From Adineta vaga (taxonomy: Eukaryota > Animalia > Rotifera): 64,000 bases of DNA. The notes below the pieces were generated by a model. That model ran no database searches, was not told the origin of the DNA, and saw only the letters and a list, made by a program, of their open reading frames with translations. Position numbers and translations under genes: made by a program. Position 1 is the first letter of the stretch. Each line of letters begins with the position of its first letter. This document shows, in pieces, positions 25,716 to 37,274 of this stretch. The DNA lies in contig CP075495.1 of NCBI GenBank assembly GCA_021613535.1, forward strand, positions 434,001 to 498,000, written 5' to 3'.

Positions 25716-27149
25716 TGAATTTGAAATTATTCAAAAGATTTTTCCTAAAAGAAAATAAACTAAAGATCTATTTTAGACATTGAAATTTCTCTTAAATTAT
25801 CCAATGATGAAAGTTATTAAGGAATCACGTATTAGTTGTAACAAAAACATCGAAACTTTTAAATGTATATATATAGATATATTCAAATCTTCGTCTAATT
25901 AAACAACTTTCATCGTTTATCATCTTTTTCATATTCATATAACTATAACGTGTTAACTAATTCACTCAAAGATAATTACATTACTTATTGTATCTCTAAT
26001 GAAAAAAAAAAGACTATATCTAGATATGAATAGATATCATTAATAGTTATTCAATTAAATAGGATTGTCTATTTACACAAATAATAATATAAATATGAAT
26101 CAATAAAAAATATTTGTCACTTTTCAATATAGTTCAAAAAAACTCAATTTAATGATAAAATTCTATTCTTTAAATTTCTTAAAATAATCGAAATAAATTC
26201 ATAGAGAAAAAAACAAGAAAAATAAACTTTTAATTTTTCATCTGATCAACGAATTCTTTCGCTTGAAAATCCTATTCTCATCTGCTTAGATTCAATTAGA
26301 AATAAATCGTACAAGAATACATGAAATTTTATTAATGAACGTGAACATACGTTCGACTCTGTGAAAACATTTAACGTTCCTGATCAATGTATATATTGAT
26401 TTTATCACAAGTAACATTCATCGTTGTGACTCACTTCATCCTTTTAACTGTCTTTCTTCCAAGTTGAGGGCGTTGATGTTCGTGTATCTCTCGATAAAAT
26501 TCAATTCTAAACACATCATCCATACTCTCTCTTCCATCGAATAATTCTTTATTAGACGTTAATTATACAGAAGTATCATTAGATAATTATCAAATGGTAT
26601 TTTCTTATTTAAAATAAATATTAATCGGATCATTTATTTAATCAATTATCGATCATATTCTTCTTTCTTTCTTCCTTGAATAGACGCGAATGAAATATTT
26701 TGAATTTTATTATTATATTTTCGTTAAAAATGATGTTTATAGATAAGAAAAGGCAAATGTCACAAATATTTTTCTCTCACCTAAAAGAACATTTTCGACA
26801 CGTTCTTCTCTATCCTTGTATTTTGTAAACGTGGATCATTATTGATAATTTTGATTTTTAATTAATGCTATTAGACCATTACATAGTCATGTTGATTACA
26901 TTGAAAACGAATGAAAGATTTTAATGATATAAAAAACCTTGATAAATGATTTGATCAAATATTTCATGTCAATATGCGTATGTCTATTCTTTTTTTCTTT
27001 CCTTATTCTATAACGATATTTTATCATTACATCTATTTAAAGGACATAAATAATCAGATAAATTCTTCTTTATATATAAATATATGTGTTAATATGTTGA
27101 TGAAATTTAGTCATTTTATTTATCTTCTATTTTCTATTAAAAATTGACA

Positions 27150-28232
27150 ATGAGTACATCAAATACAATTCCACCTGATTATCAAAATGCTAATCCATTA
27201 CTTTATACATTTCGTGATTATCATACAGGTATTCAACCATATTTTGTATTCGTTACACAATTTTTTATTTTTGAAATTTCCCTTCGTCTTTGGGATCGAG
27301 CTGTTTATGGAACATGGTTATTACCAAGTGATTTTATTTATTTTGAAAGAGTACCAATAACACCTAATCCTACAACAGTTATTCCACCACCTATTGGTGT
27401 TTCATATATGAGAAGACGTGTTTCACGTATACGAACAATATATCTTCTTCAACAAAAAGGTATTTTAATAAAAACTGATAAAGATAATGAAAAAATGCCA
27501 ACATTTGATTTATTTGATCTTATATTTGTTTGTTTACCATTATTTGCTCATACAATTTGGTATTGTATTGTTCAAAGCAATTGTTCATCAGGTGAATTTG
27601 CGTCAACATGGAATTGTTATAATTTATTTGGTTATCGAATATATAATTATTTATTTGATCCATTTTCAATGTTTGCATTTGAATTTATTTCAAAAATAAT
27701 AATTATACGTGATAAAAAACATCATAAAATACCATTAATTATACGAAAGAAAAAATGGCGAAGAATTTTAGCACAAATTATTTTTTATCCTTCATTAATT
27801 TTATCAACAATAACATTTTTATTTGTTGGAGCTTTAATTCTTCCATATGCAATTACAAATATTATACCAATGATTATTATTTATTCATTTATAGTTATGT
27901 TTTATGCATATATTATTACAGTTTATTTAATGTTAATTCAATTTTATACATTTATTACAAAGAAAATTTTTAAATTTAATCAGGATAAACTTTCACGTTT
28001 AAAAACAGGAATAGAAAAATATCATTTTAAACGACGATTTGTTGTTCGTTTTGCTGTTCGATTATCTCCATATTTAGTACCTGTTTTATTTAATTTATCA
28101 CAATATTTTTATTATGGTGAAGATTTTTATCGTGCACTTACACGAGAAGCAAATTCAAGAAATATTAATGATTATTTTCAAAGAGTTGCAAATTCACCAC
28201 AAATTGCACATACAATATTAAGTACAATTTAA
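27150..28232 (+). CDS. Intronless multi-pass membrane protein of unknown family
   Basis: ~360-aa ORF with several hydrophobic segments and basic loops; AATAAA shortly after the stop. Confidence 0.75.
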   Translation: MSTSNTIPPDYQNANPLLYTFRDYHTGIQPYFVFVTQFFIFEISLRLWDRAVYGTWLLPSDFIYFERVPITPNPTTVIPPPIGVSYMRRRVSRIRTIYLLQQKGILIKTDKDNEKMPTFDLFDLIFVCLPLFAHTIWYCIVQSNCSSGEFASTWNCYNLFGYRIYNYLFDPFSMFAFEFISKIIIIRDKKHHKIPLIIRKKKWRRILAQIIFYPSLILSTITFLFVGALILPYAITNIIPMIIIYSFIVMFYAYIITVYLMLIQFYTFITKKIFKFNQDKLSRLKTGIEKYHFKRRFVVRFAVRLSPYLVPVLFNLSQYFYYGEDFYRALTREANSRNINDYFQRVANSPQIAHTILSTI

Positions 28233-28435
28233 CAATTGTTTTATTTATTTACAATAAACGTTCTTTTCTTTTTAAATTGAAGATAAGAATATTAAACTGA
28301 TTTATTGTAAAATGATGAATAATGTAGAAATAAAATTATCGATTTGAAAACTAAGTGACAATGTGTGAGTGAGTGAGAAGCGGATCGACGGGGGTTACTA
28401 TAGGCCTTTAGAGCAGAGGTCTGCGCTTTTTACTG

Positions 28436-28642
28436 CCTTCTTTCGATATTGAACAAAAAATCACATAACAGAGTTTTGATCTGAGATGTTGCCCATAGAA
28501 AGGTCCGCAGTCATCATATTAGATTATTTTTGAAAGCTTCTCATCCGGAAAAGATCTAGTGATGATTGAACCTCTCTATGGGAAACATATCAGGTCAAAA
28601 CTTCGTTATTTGATTTTTTGCTCATAGTATCGAAAAAGTGGC
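28436..28642. mobile_element. ~200-bp foldback/palindromic element
   Basis: AAAAAATCACATAACAGAGTTTTGATCTGAGATGTTGCCCATAGAAAGGT pairs with ACCTCTCTATGGGAAACATATCAGGTCAAAACTTCGTTATTTGATTTTTT; arms extend outward and inward around a ~30-nt loop. Confidence 0.7.
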
Positions 28643-29691
28643 CAAAATATCAACTCAAAAGCGATTGGATACTTTGTCACCTTCTCTCGTTAGCAATCAT
28701 GCCTCAAAGTTACCAAAATTGACATCATTGAATAGATCAAAACCCGAGCTCAGTATTCTCGATTTAAATTTAGGCTCGGCAAATTCTTAGATGAGCAGTC
28801 ATTCTATTCCGCAACGTTGAATAAATGAATCTTTCTTTGAAAAGAGTATTTTACTGCGAGCAATATTTTACATTATGTCGAAGCTTTTTCGCTTGTTACT
28901 TGTCTTGCTCAACTTACCTTGAATGGATAGAATACGTATTCGACGGACAAGTTTACAATCGACAGAATAGAGAAAAAATGTACGTGTTCTCCTTAGAAAA
29001 AAGATTTCTTTATTTATTCATTGATTTAAAATTTGAATAATTCTTTTTCCATCAAAATTCAATAATTTCATCGATGTATCACCTAGTTTTAGTTTTTAAT
29101 CTTGAACTTAATCACTCTTCTTGACCGGTGCACATGTATAGCAGCTTATAGCGTGAAAATTTTTCATAAACTGTATATTCTTATGTCGCGGACGTATCTT
29201 TCCGCTAATTTGTTAAAAAATGAAATTTCGTTCAATTTTAAACTATCGAAGTTATAGTTCTCAAACTTTCATTTTACCATCGAACTATCTAAAAATGTAA
29301 TCACCATTCTGTTGAATTCTTTACGTCTCGAATGTTTAAAAAAGTAAAGAATGAATTTTTATAAAATCCATTAACGTCAAAATCTAACAGACAAAATGCA
29401 AAGAAAGCAACAATATTCCTTTAACATCACAAGTGGGCATGACAATTTTTCAACCAACGCGAAGTTTTTTTGGTATTATGAGATCGACGTTTGTCTGAAT
29501 AGTACTTTTTTTTCAAAACATTTCGCTTTGTTTCGGTACTGACAAAACAAAGCTTTAGATTTTTAAACAAAAAATTTTCAATCACAGATTATAACTATTT
29601 GTTTCCATAAACAAACATTTTGCGCTTTTTTTAGTAACGCCTATTCATCTTTTAATTCATCAGAATTTTCTATACATGGGCAAAAGACATG

Positions 29692-29726
29692 TATAAAAGT
29701 AACCTGCATATTATTACTCTTCATTC
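29692..29726 (+). promoter_or_regulatory. TATA box + Inr-like TCATTC (equivalent TATA at 37201 and 45955)
   Basis: TATAAAAG with TCATT 28-29 nt downstream in copies 1 and 2; TATAAAAA in copy 3; each 60-75 nt before the ATG. Confidence 0.55.
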
Positions 29727-29752
29727 TTTCATTTCGTTTGAATTACTGACAT

Positions 29753-32218
29753 ATGACGAGCATTAAATTCTTCTTCGGTGTTTTTCTACTAGAAGTTTAC
29801 ATTGTGTATGCAACACATTTTCGTGGTGGTACAATTACATGGTTAGTTGTTCTTTCTTTTTTAAAATGATTTCAAACTTGATTTATTTCTAGGCGACCTG
29901 TGAATGCAACACCTAATGGTGCTTCCGCGGATTTTCTCATACGTGAACGATATTCATGGCGTCGCGGTTTTCCTGGCTGTGGCTGTACGGATGCAACTAT
30001 TGCAAGCAAGGGCCTTATTGGACCTACTCATTATGTTAAATGTACAGCTCCAACTCCAGCCGGTAGCTGTTCGTCTTGGACTAACTTAGTTACAACAACA
30101 TCTTGCACAGATTATAGTGTGAATCTTGATGTTAGTTCTGGTGAAAGAACAAGAATTGACAATTATCCATTGAATATTGCATTCACTATTTATTATACCG
30201 AAGCTGCATGGCTCAGTTTCCTTGTTAAAGGAAAGGATACAGATTGGTATGTAGCTAATCGAGTGAATACAAATCTCAGACCAGATGGTTATATCAATAC
30301 AAGTCCTGTTGCTGTCACACTTCCGATTATCTATAAACAAGTTGGTATTCAACATGTTCATGTTGTTCAAATGTCGGATTTTGATGGTTCAGATACTTTG
30401 AAATGTCGATGGGCAAATGCATCTAGTACTGTCACTCAGTATGATGAATGTGGTGGAATATGTGAAGGTGTTCCTGGTGCAAAACTTATTCCAGAAAACT
30501 GCACTATCGTATTTACACTAACAACTCCTGGTTGGTATGCAGGTGTAGCATTACAAATCGAAGACTACTTCACATCAACATCACCAACACCTATGAGTTC
30601 TGTTCCACTTCAGTTTCTTTTCTATGGTTATCCTGCACCTACTGGTTGTTCAACTCCACCAGAGATCATTGGTAATCGACCTAATCGAGGTAAGTTAACA
30701 CATCAATAAACACCTTTCTCTATATTTATTTGAAAATCATTTCATTAGCTTGTATTGGTACACCGATCGGTTCTAATGTCACTGAATATGTTATCGTTCA
30801 AACATTTTGTCCTGGTCAAACAATTGATGATTTTATAACAAGTTCTCCGATTGGTATGAAAAAGAGTGCGATTTTCAATCCAAGTCCAGGTTTGTCTCAT
30901 TTCAATCTCTAAGTTTGATATAATTTCTATTGTTGAATAGGTATTTATCATTTAATTCTCAGTTGGATTCCACAGTCAGATCAATATGGTCCCGAGCCAT
31001 TTTGTGCTGGTGCCATTGATAATGGAAATCTTCAATCCAATCAATGGTGTGTCACATTTTTAGTCGGTTTCGAATCACCTGACATCATTCGACCAACCAT
31101 AGTTCAAGGTTCTGTTTCTCCAATTGGAACTGTCTTTCAGAATCAGACAGTTTTCTCCTTTCAAAGTAACCATGGTGGCTTGTGTCCTTTAATATGTTTT
31201 CATTGTTTTATCTCTTTAGCAACAAAATCCGTCAATCGTCCAACACGTAACGGTACAACGATCTACTTTCGAGATGCTGCAAATGACACAGCTGTTGCAC
31301 AGTTTGATTGTGGTTGGGCACCTGAAGTCACATTCACCGGTTTCACAACCGTCATTCGTTTTGTCACTGTGAATTGGGAACCTGGTCACTTCTACTATAT
31401 CACAATGGATGGTGGTATGTTTTCTCTTGAGATGACCTCTTCTGTTTTATATATTTTATTTGTATTGATAATTGTAGGTGTTGTGAGTGGAACTGAGTTT
31501 TGTGGTAAGTCATCATTGTTTGTTGATATAAGATCAATTGAAATGATATTGTTAGGACCTGAATCTGCACCCATCACTGATAAAACTTATTGGGTATATA
31601 ATATTTGGAATCCTGCAGTATCATCAACAACAACAACAACCACGACACCATTTACAACAGTGACAGTAACAACAAAACCAACATCAACAACAAGTATCAA
31701 TACTTTAGTATGTTTTCATTTTATTGTACAATGTTTTATCATTGTGAATATTTTGATAATTAGTTAACAACAACTGGTATTGTCATAACAACAACTGCAC
31801 CTATAACAACAACAGCAACAACTTCATCAAGTTCACCTCCAACAACAGCTGGTAAGAAATGAAATATTCTTCATGTTTCTCTTTTCTATAATATCATTTC
31901 TTGTAGCTCCAACAACAGCTGGTCCAACTGCATCATCAGCAACAACTGAATCAACAGTTGCTGTCATGTATCCAAAAGATTTTGTAAGTGTTGAAACTCA
32001 ATTTGTATCTATAGATCTATATATATATATGTTGATGGTTGTAGGAAGAAGCATGTAAACAACCCGTAGCAATTATGACAAGTCTCATATTTATCGTGTT
32101 GATGCCTGGACAGGCTCTAGCGATGTATGCCATATTTACGAAACTTGAAAATATCTTTAATCCATCACGTATTCAAACAAAAACACGTCATAGACAACGA
32201 ATGAAACGAATTCTTTGA
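29753..32218 (+). CDS. Type I surface protein, HFRGGTITW (Sib/integrin-beta-like N-domain) family, copy 1
   Basis: Ten exons (29753-29841, 29893-30689, 30749-30889, 30941-31165, 31220-31414, 31478-31504, 31556-31707, 31764-31851, 31907-31983, 32045-32218). Encodes signal peptide, THFRGGTITW, DFDGSDTLKCRWA, VALQIEDY, PMSSVPLQF, an Ig-like segment, Thr stalk, TM and basic tail. Confidence 0.85.
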
Positions 32219-33066
32219 ACATGAAACGAATTTTATTTATTTGAACACATATTTTTATTTAATCAAGCGGATTGATGTTCATTCTTTTCGAGCTTTTCTT
32301 TCATATTTCAAATAAATTTTTGATTTGACGTGTGTTAATTTATTTCTTTTTCTTCAAAAATGACAATGAGTTATTACCAGACAGAAGCATTTGATCTTAA
32401 TAAATCTCATGTCATATGTATTCAAATAATTGTCTGTAATAAGTTAGTTCAGTGCGTAGAAAAATATCATTGATAAAATTAAAATAACGTTTGTTCGTTT
32501 TATTCTTTCAATGTTATATAAATAAGCAAAATTCTATGTCTAATCAATTTTCTTCAATTTGAAACGAATCAAAATCACAAATCTTTATTTGATTTAACAG
32601 TTTCACAATATAAATTCATTGTTTATATGAGTATCTTTCAACATTAAATTAAAATGAGTGTTGAAAGTCGAAGATCGACGTCATTAAATATATTTTTATC
32701 AAAATATTCTAAATGAACGAGGATGAAAGAGAAAATTCATCATGTTAAATAATAATATATTTAATAATTTATGTTGATAGAGGCAGTAATTTTCATGTAA
32801 ATTAAAACAACAGCATCAATGAAAGTGATTTGACTAGTATCTCATATCTTCCCATGTCGATTTCTTCTGCTAAACTTTGTTCTATATTTAAGAATTTGTA
32901 CGTGGTATAATTAACAGTCCACATTAAATATTTATTGACATTAGTTTTCCATTTTATGTTACTGAATGTTATATTAATCAAATGCAAGGTACTCAATCAG
33001 TTTCATTGAATGAAACATTTATAATGATTTCGCTTTAGTTTTGCACTAGAATAATTTTGGATATAG

Positions 33067-33750
33067 TCTATACACATAAAGAAGAATGTTTGTCTGTTTG
33101 CTCGTTATGCATTAAGTCCCTATAATAGCTACGGTGATCAAACTTTCCATAGTACTTCTCTAGATACAGAGAAAGATCATAGGGGGGTGGGCGTGAGAAA
33201 CGCGGATGAAATTTCACCCAGGTGATTCCGTGATAGCTAACGTCACCAAAATATTCATGAAACTTTTCTGTGTACAGGGAAAAGTCGAGAGGGTATAGAA
33301 GACGGAACTTTATTGAAATTTAATTCAATTTAGAGCAACTCATTTGATCAATCTTGAGAGTATCCATCTAATTATTACTATGCTTTCGCGCTAATCTGGT
33401 TGTGTTAGACAGAAGTAAGATACTCATATCGCCACGCAGTATCCGTTGAACTTTAGTGTTTTATCGTGGACATGTATGCATTCGCGATAGACAAAAGTTT
33501 AGCCCAAAGTCTAAGACTTTTTAGGTGCGAATTGAAGTAGAGATAGAGTTGGAGCGAAAACTGTTAGGAAATGGGCCGATTTGAAATGCTACATAGTATA
33601 AGTAATTCTAACTTAGATATGCGTGGCGGGATATGTGATGGTATAGATAGAAAATATCAAGAACAACCGTCTGTGTGTCTTCTATCGTTTTCTGACATAT
33701 GAAGTTTTCAGTCTGGAAGGTTCTTGACCATCATCGGGTACCTTCGCTAG
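33067..33750 (+). mobile_element. Non-autonomous Helitron-like element, copy 1
   Basis: 5' TCTATACACATAAAGAAGAATGTTTGTCTG; 3' ...CATCGGGTACCTTCGCTAG followed by T (TC...CTAG termini); homologous to the adjacent copy. Confidence 0.6.
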
Positions 33751-34263
33751 TATTATATATAAAGAAGAATGTCTGTCTGTATGTTCGCTATGCATTCAGG
33801 CCCTTCTATAACTATGATCACCAAACTTCTCACGATATTCCTCTCGGTCTCAGAGAAAGTCGACCGGAGGATGGTACGCAAGGCGTGGGTGAAATTTCAC
33901 CCAGGTAGTCTTGTGATAGCAAATGTCAAAAGAAGGTGGTTGAGATGTAACCGAGTTTCGATTAACTCATTTCATCGACTTTTAGAGTAGTCATCTCTTC
34001 CTGCGTTTTCATACTGGTCTGTTTCTCTTACAGGGCTTTATCGTGGGCCTGTGTCTGCGTAATAGATAAAACTCTTACCCGAAATCGAAGACTTTTTAGG
34101 TCTTAGCTGAAATGAAGACAGAGTCAAAGCGGAACCCGTAATAAAAGGTGTTTTTTCGCGGGAACTGTAAGAAATAATCCTCTCTGCATTTCCTATCGTC
34201 TTCTGATAAATAAAGTTTTCAGTTAGGAAGACTGTAAACTAACATCAGATATCTCCACTATAG
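33751..34263 (+). mobile_element. Non-autonomous Helitron-like element, copy 2 (head-to-tail)
   Basis: Repeats ATAAAGAAGAATGT.TGTCTG, TGAAATTTCACCCAGGT, AAGACTTTT..AGGT, CTATCGT.TTCTGA and AAGTTTTCAGT in the same order as copy 1; degenerate 3' end. Confidence 0.55.
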
Positions 34264-34675
34264 TAATATATATTTCGATGTATTGTTGAATGTGATTCAA
34301 CATGAACAATAGTTTTAATAGGTATGACAATATTATTTATGGTACTATGGTCGTTATAATAATTCTACAATCCAATCTTCTAATTAATTCTTTTGGTAGT
34401 TAGCATTTTCTAAACATTATGGGCAAGAGATAAAGTGAAAGATATCAGTATTGATTATATTCTTTAATAAGCCGTTTTCTAGACGGGTGTGAATGAAGGT
34501 GGGTGGAAAGGATACGTTCACATCCAAGTTTATGTAATTTTGTTTTCGATTGACGATATGAATTATTATTCATGCAACGAACTTCCATAACAGTCTGATC
34601 ATTCATTCTAACGATTATTTCCAAGATTGCGATGAAAAACAAATTACAGTCTCACGTACGTAAATTTTAGTAAAA

Positions 34676-35435
34676 AATACGAAGATTTATGTATCTTTCT
34701 ATCAATCGATAAAACTACTCAAACTAGGTATGTATACGGCCTAGGCAAAATTAAACCTAGTCGAAATTCGTTTTTAATTAGATGTAAAATTGAATCATCT
34801 TTTCTTCTGTGAATAAATACCGCTCTATCATATGATTTAAAACGATGTTTCATTCAAAGTCAACACAAAACTGACAGACACTAGAAGTATTTTAGCAGCA
34901 TACTAAACTTTAAGATACCGATGGAAGTCATTTGACCATGGAATAGACTGTTCAACAATTATTACTACATCAGATAAATCTAACAAAATATAGATGAATA
35001 CAAACTATATCCTATCGAACCTATGTCATCTGTCCCAGCAGATTGATATGAAGAAAACAGTCAAATCAGCTAAAACTTTTCCGAATTTCAAACACTGCGA
35101 CGTCGACTTTAATTTGAATTTATTGTAATAAACAACAACTACTATTTTAAAATTTAAAGTTTAACTTTGTCTAAAACTAAATTTTGCCACTTTTATATGC
35201 TCACTCAAGAAAAATAGAATAGATAAATTTCCGTATTTTTCTATATAAAACAATTGAATTAATCTCTGACAAAAATAAATATATTTCCATTCAGAGAAGA
35301 TCTTCTTTGATGAGATTGAAGTTATCGAAGAAGTAGATAATACAATATTCTTTTACAATAAACACTCATATTTAGTATACATACCTGTTTTGAGTCGTTT
35401 AATCTATTGATTGAAGAAAAAAACAATTTCGTATT
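34676..35435. mobile_element. Non-autonomous TIR element (~760 bp)
   Basis: ~60-bp imperfect inverted repeats at 34676-34737 and 35375-35435 (…CTCAAACTAGGTATGTATAC / GTATACATACCTGTTTTGAG…). The sub-terminal sequence CCTAGGCAAAATTAAAC recurs inverted at ~41148-41185. Confidence 0.6.
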
Positions 35436-36292
35436 CCACAATAATTTGTGAAGTTCTTAATCATCTATTTCTGAATCTTACTGCTATAATGATAATATCG
35501 TATACTACAAAGTGTATGCTATATATGAATTATGTTCGATTAAATTTAGACTATCAGAGTTTCAGAATAATCTATAACCTAGAATGAATTTTCTTCATAA
35601 GTTTTATCACAACGGAGCAAATTAAATAAGAAATATGTCTTATATACTTTCACGATCTTCTCAGTTTCTTTATGATAATCTGCAGATTATAATTCTCGTT
35701 CTTAACTTCTACTGACTCTCCGATGAAGAAGTGAAAGAACTGCAAAATGTATATGTTTACCACATTTTGTATTGTTAATGCGTAGAAAGATTGCTTTCAG
35801 TGAGTTGTCAATTGAGACAGAAAAGTTAAATAAATTCATTTTTTTTTGTTCCCAAGCAATACTTCTAACTATTTTTCAGAGATTTTGTATTTCATCGCAA
35901 GAAAAGAGAATAAACAAAAAAAGATCGACGAAAAGAACATTTACAAAATAAAAATACATTCTCTGAAGAAACCTAAAGTACAGATTGATGAATTCTTTTC
36001 CACTGATTAACGTTCATTGTAGATCTACATTTTATTCATACGTTTTCTAAATATATCTCTTTACATTGATTTCCACTGAACATAAACTGTTTAATTACCA
36101 ATGGTTTATTTCGATTTTAGTTTTCAGGATGGCAATGTTTACTCAGCCCATCCTCTGGATCAAATCTTGAAAATTCGTAACTTAACTTACGAAGTTAGAT
36201 CATAATATAAAGTCCATGATCGGTTAATGATGATCATTGAAAGAATATATTGTCTAAAGGCACATTGGCAAATATTTTCGAAACATTTCGTT

Positions 36293-36630
36293 TAGTAGCG
36301 AAGCCAGGATTTTTGCGAGATGCTGTATCTTAGCTTTAGAGCACGGGTCTCAGTTGAAACTTATGCATTTTAGAAAAATTCAAAACTTGAAATCGATATT
36401 TTTATATGAAATTTGTCGATTAAGTTAAATTTAGCGTAGTTAGCGATAGTATTCTTAAAAGTGAGATACCATTGACGGTATTCACAATTTCTTGGACAAA
36501 CTCTGATCTTAAACATCAGTTGATACAAACTCATCATTTGAGGCTAATATTAGTCTCCCACAACTATTGACTGAGACTCATGCTCCAAAGCTAAGATACA
36601 GCATCTCGAAAAATTTTGGCTCCGCTACTA
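36293..36630. mobile_element. hAT-like MITE (338 bp) with 8-bp TSD
   Basis: ~65-bp TIRs TAGTAGCGAAGCC...GATGCTGTATCTTAGCTTT / AAAGCTAAGATACAGCATC...GGCTCCGCTACTA; perfect flanking direct repeat ATTTCGTT (36285-36292 and 36631-36638). Confidence 0.85.
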
Positions 36631-37274
36631 ATTTCGTTTCGTTACAAAATTTTCTGTATAGTTTCTTTAGTTTGCATCATTTGATGTATATTATAAGTGT
36701 GAGGTATCAATTCTTTGCGTCAATTAAGAAAGAATTAAGACTGAGGATGTGGACGTAAATATAATTCATTTAATTAGAAGTTTTTATCAATTAAGTAATC
36801 AAGTCATTTGACATTTAACCAACATAGAATATCATATATGAAATATTTTAAAATATGATTTTGTCGTTAAAAACATTTCTTTTTGTTCACTTTTGAGAGA
36901 AAATTGATTCACCCTCAAATTCCTGCTAGAAAGAAAACTTTCTACGAATCTATTTTTTTAAAAAAAACGTTTTTCGCGAAAGAACACTAAAGTGTTCTAT
37001 TTTCTAAACAAATGTATTCAATTCTCAAAAGACATTTATTTTTAGACAGTTAAATTTTCGCTGATCAACAAAAGAGTGTTTACATTTCTTTTCAAATGTT
37101 AAGTCTAAATTTCGCGACGCTGAATAATTGCTGAATGTCATAGGAACACCTACTCATTTTCTTCTTTCTCCGACCTGTTTTCGTCAATCAAAAAATCATC
37201 TATAAAAGTACCTTACATATCATTATTCTCATTACTATTCTTTTTTCTTAATATTTCGTCTCGACTACTGACAT

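Noticed and set aside
33699-33990. Two ORFs with higher GC
   Set aside because: They lie inside the Helitron-like repeats and have no Rep/helicase motifs.
36567-36758. 63-aa ORF
   Set aside because: Starts within the MITE terminal inverted repeat.
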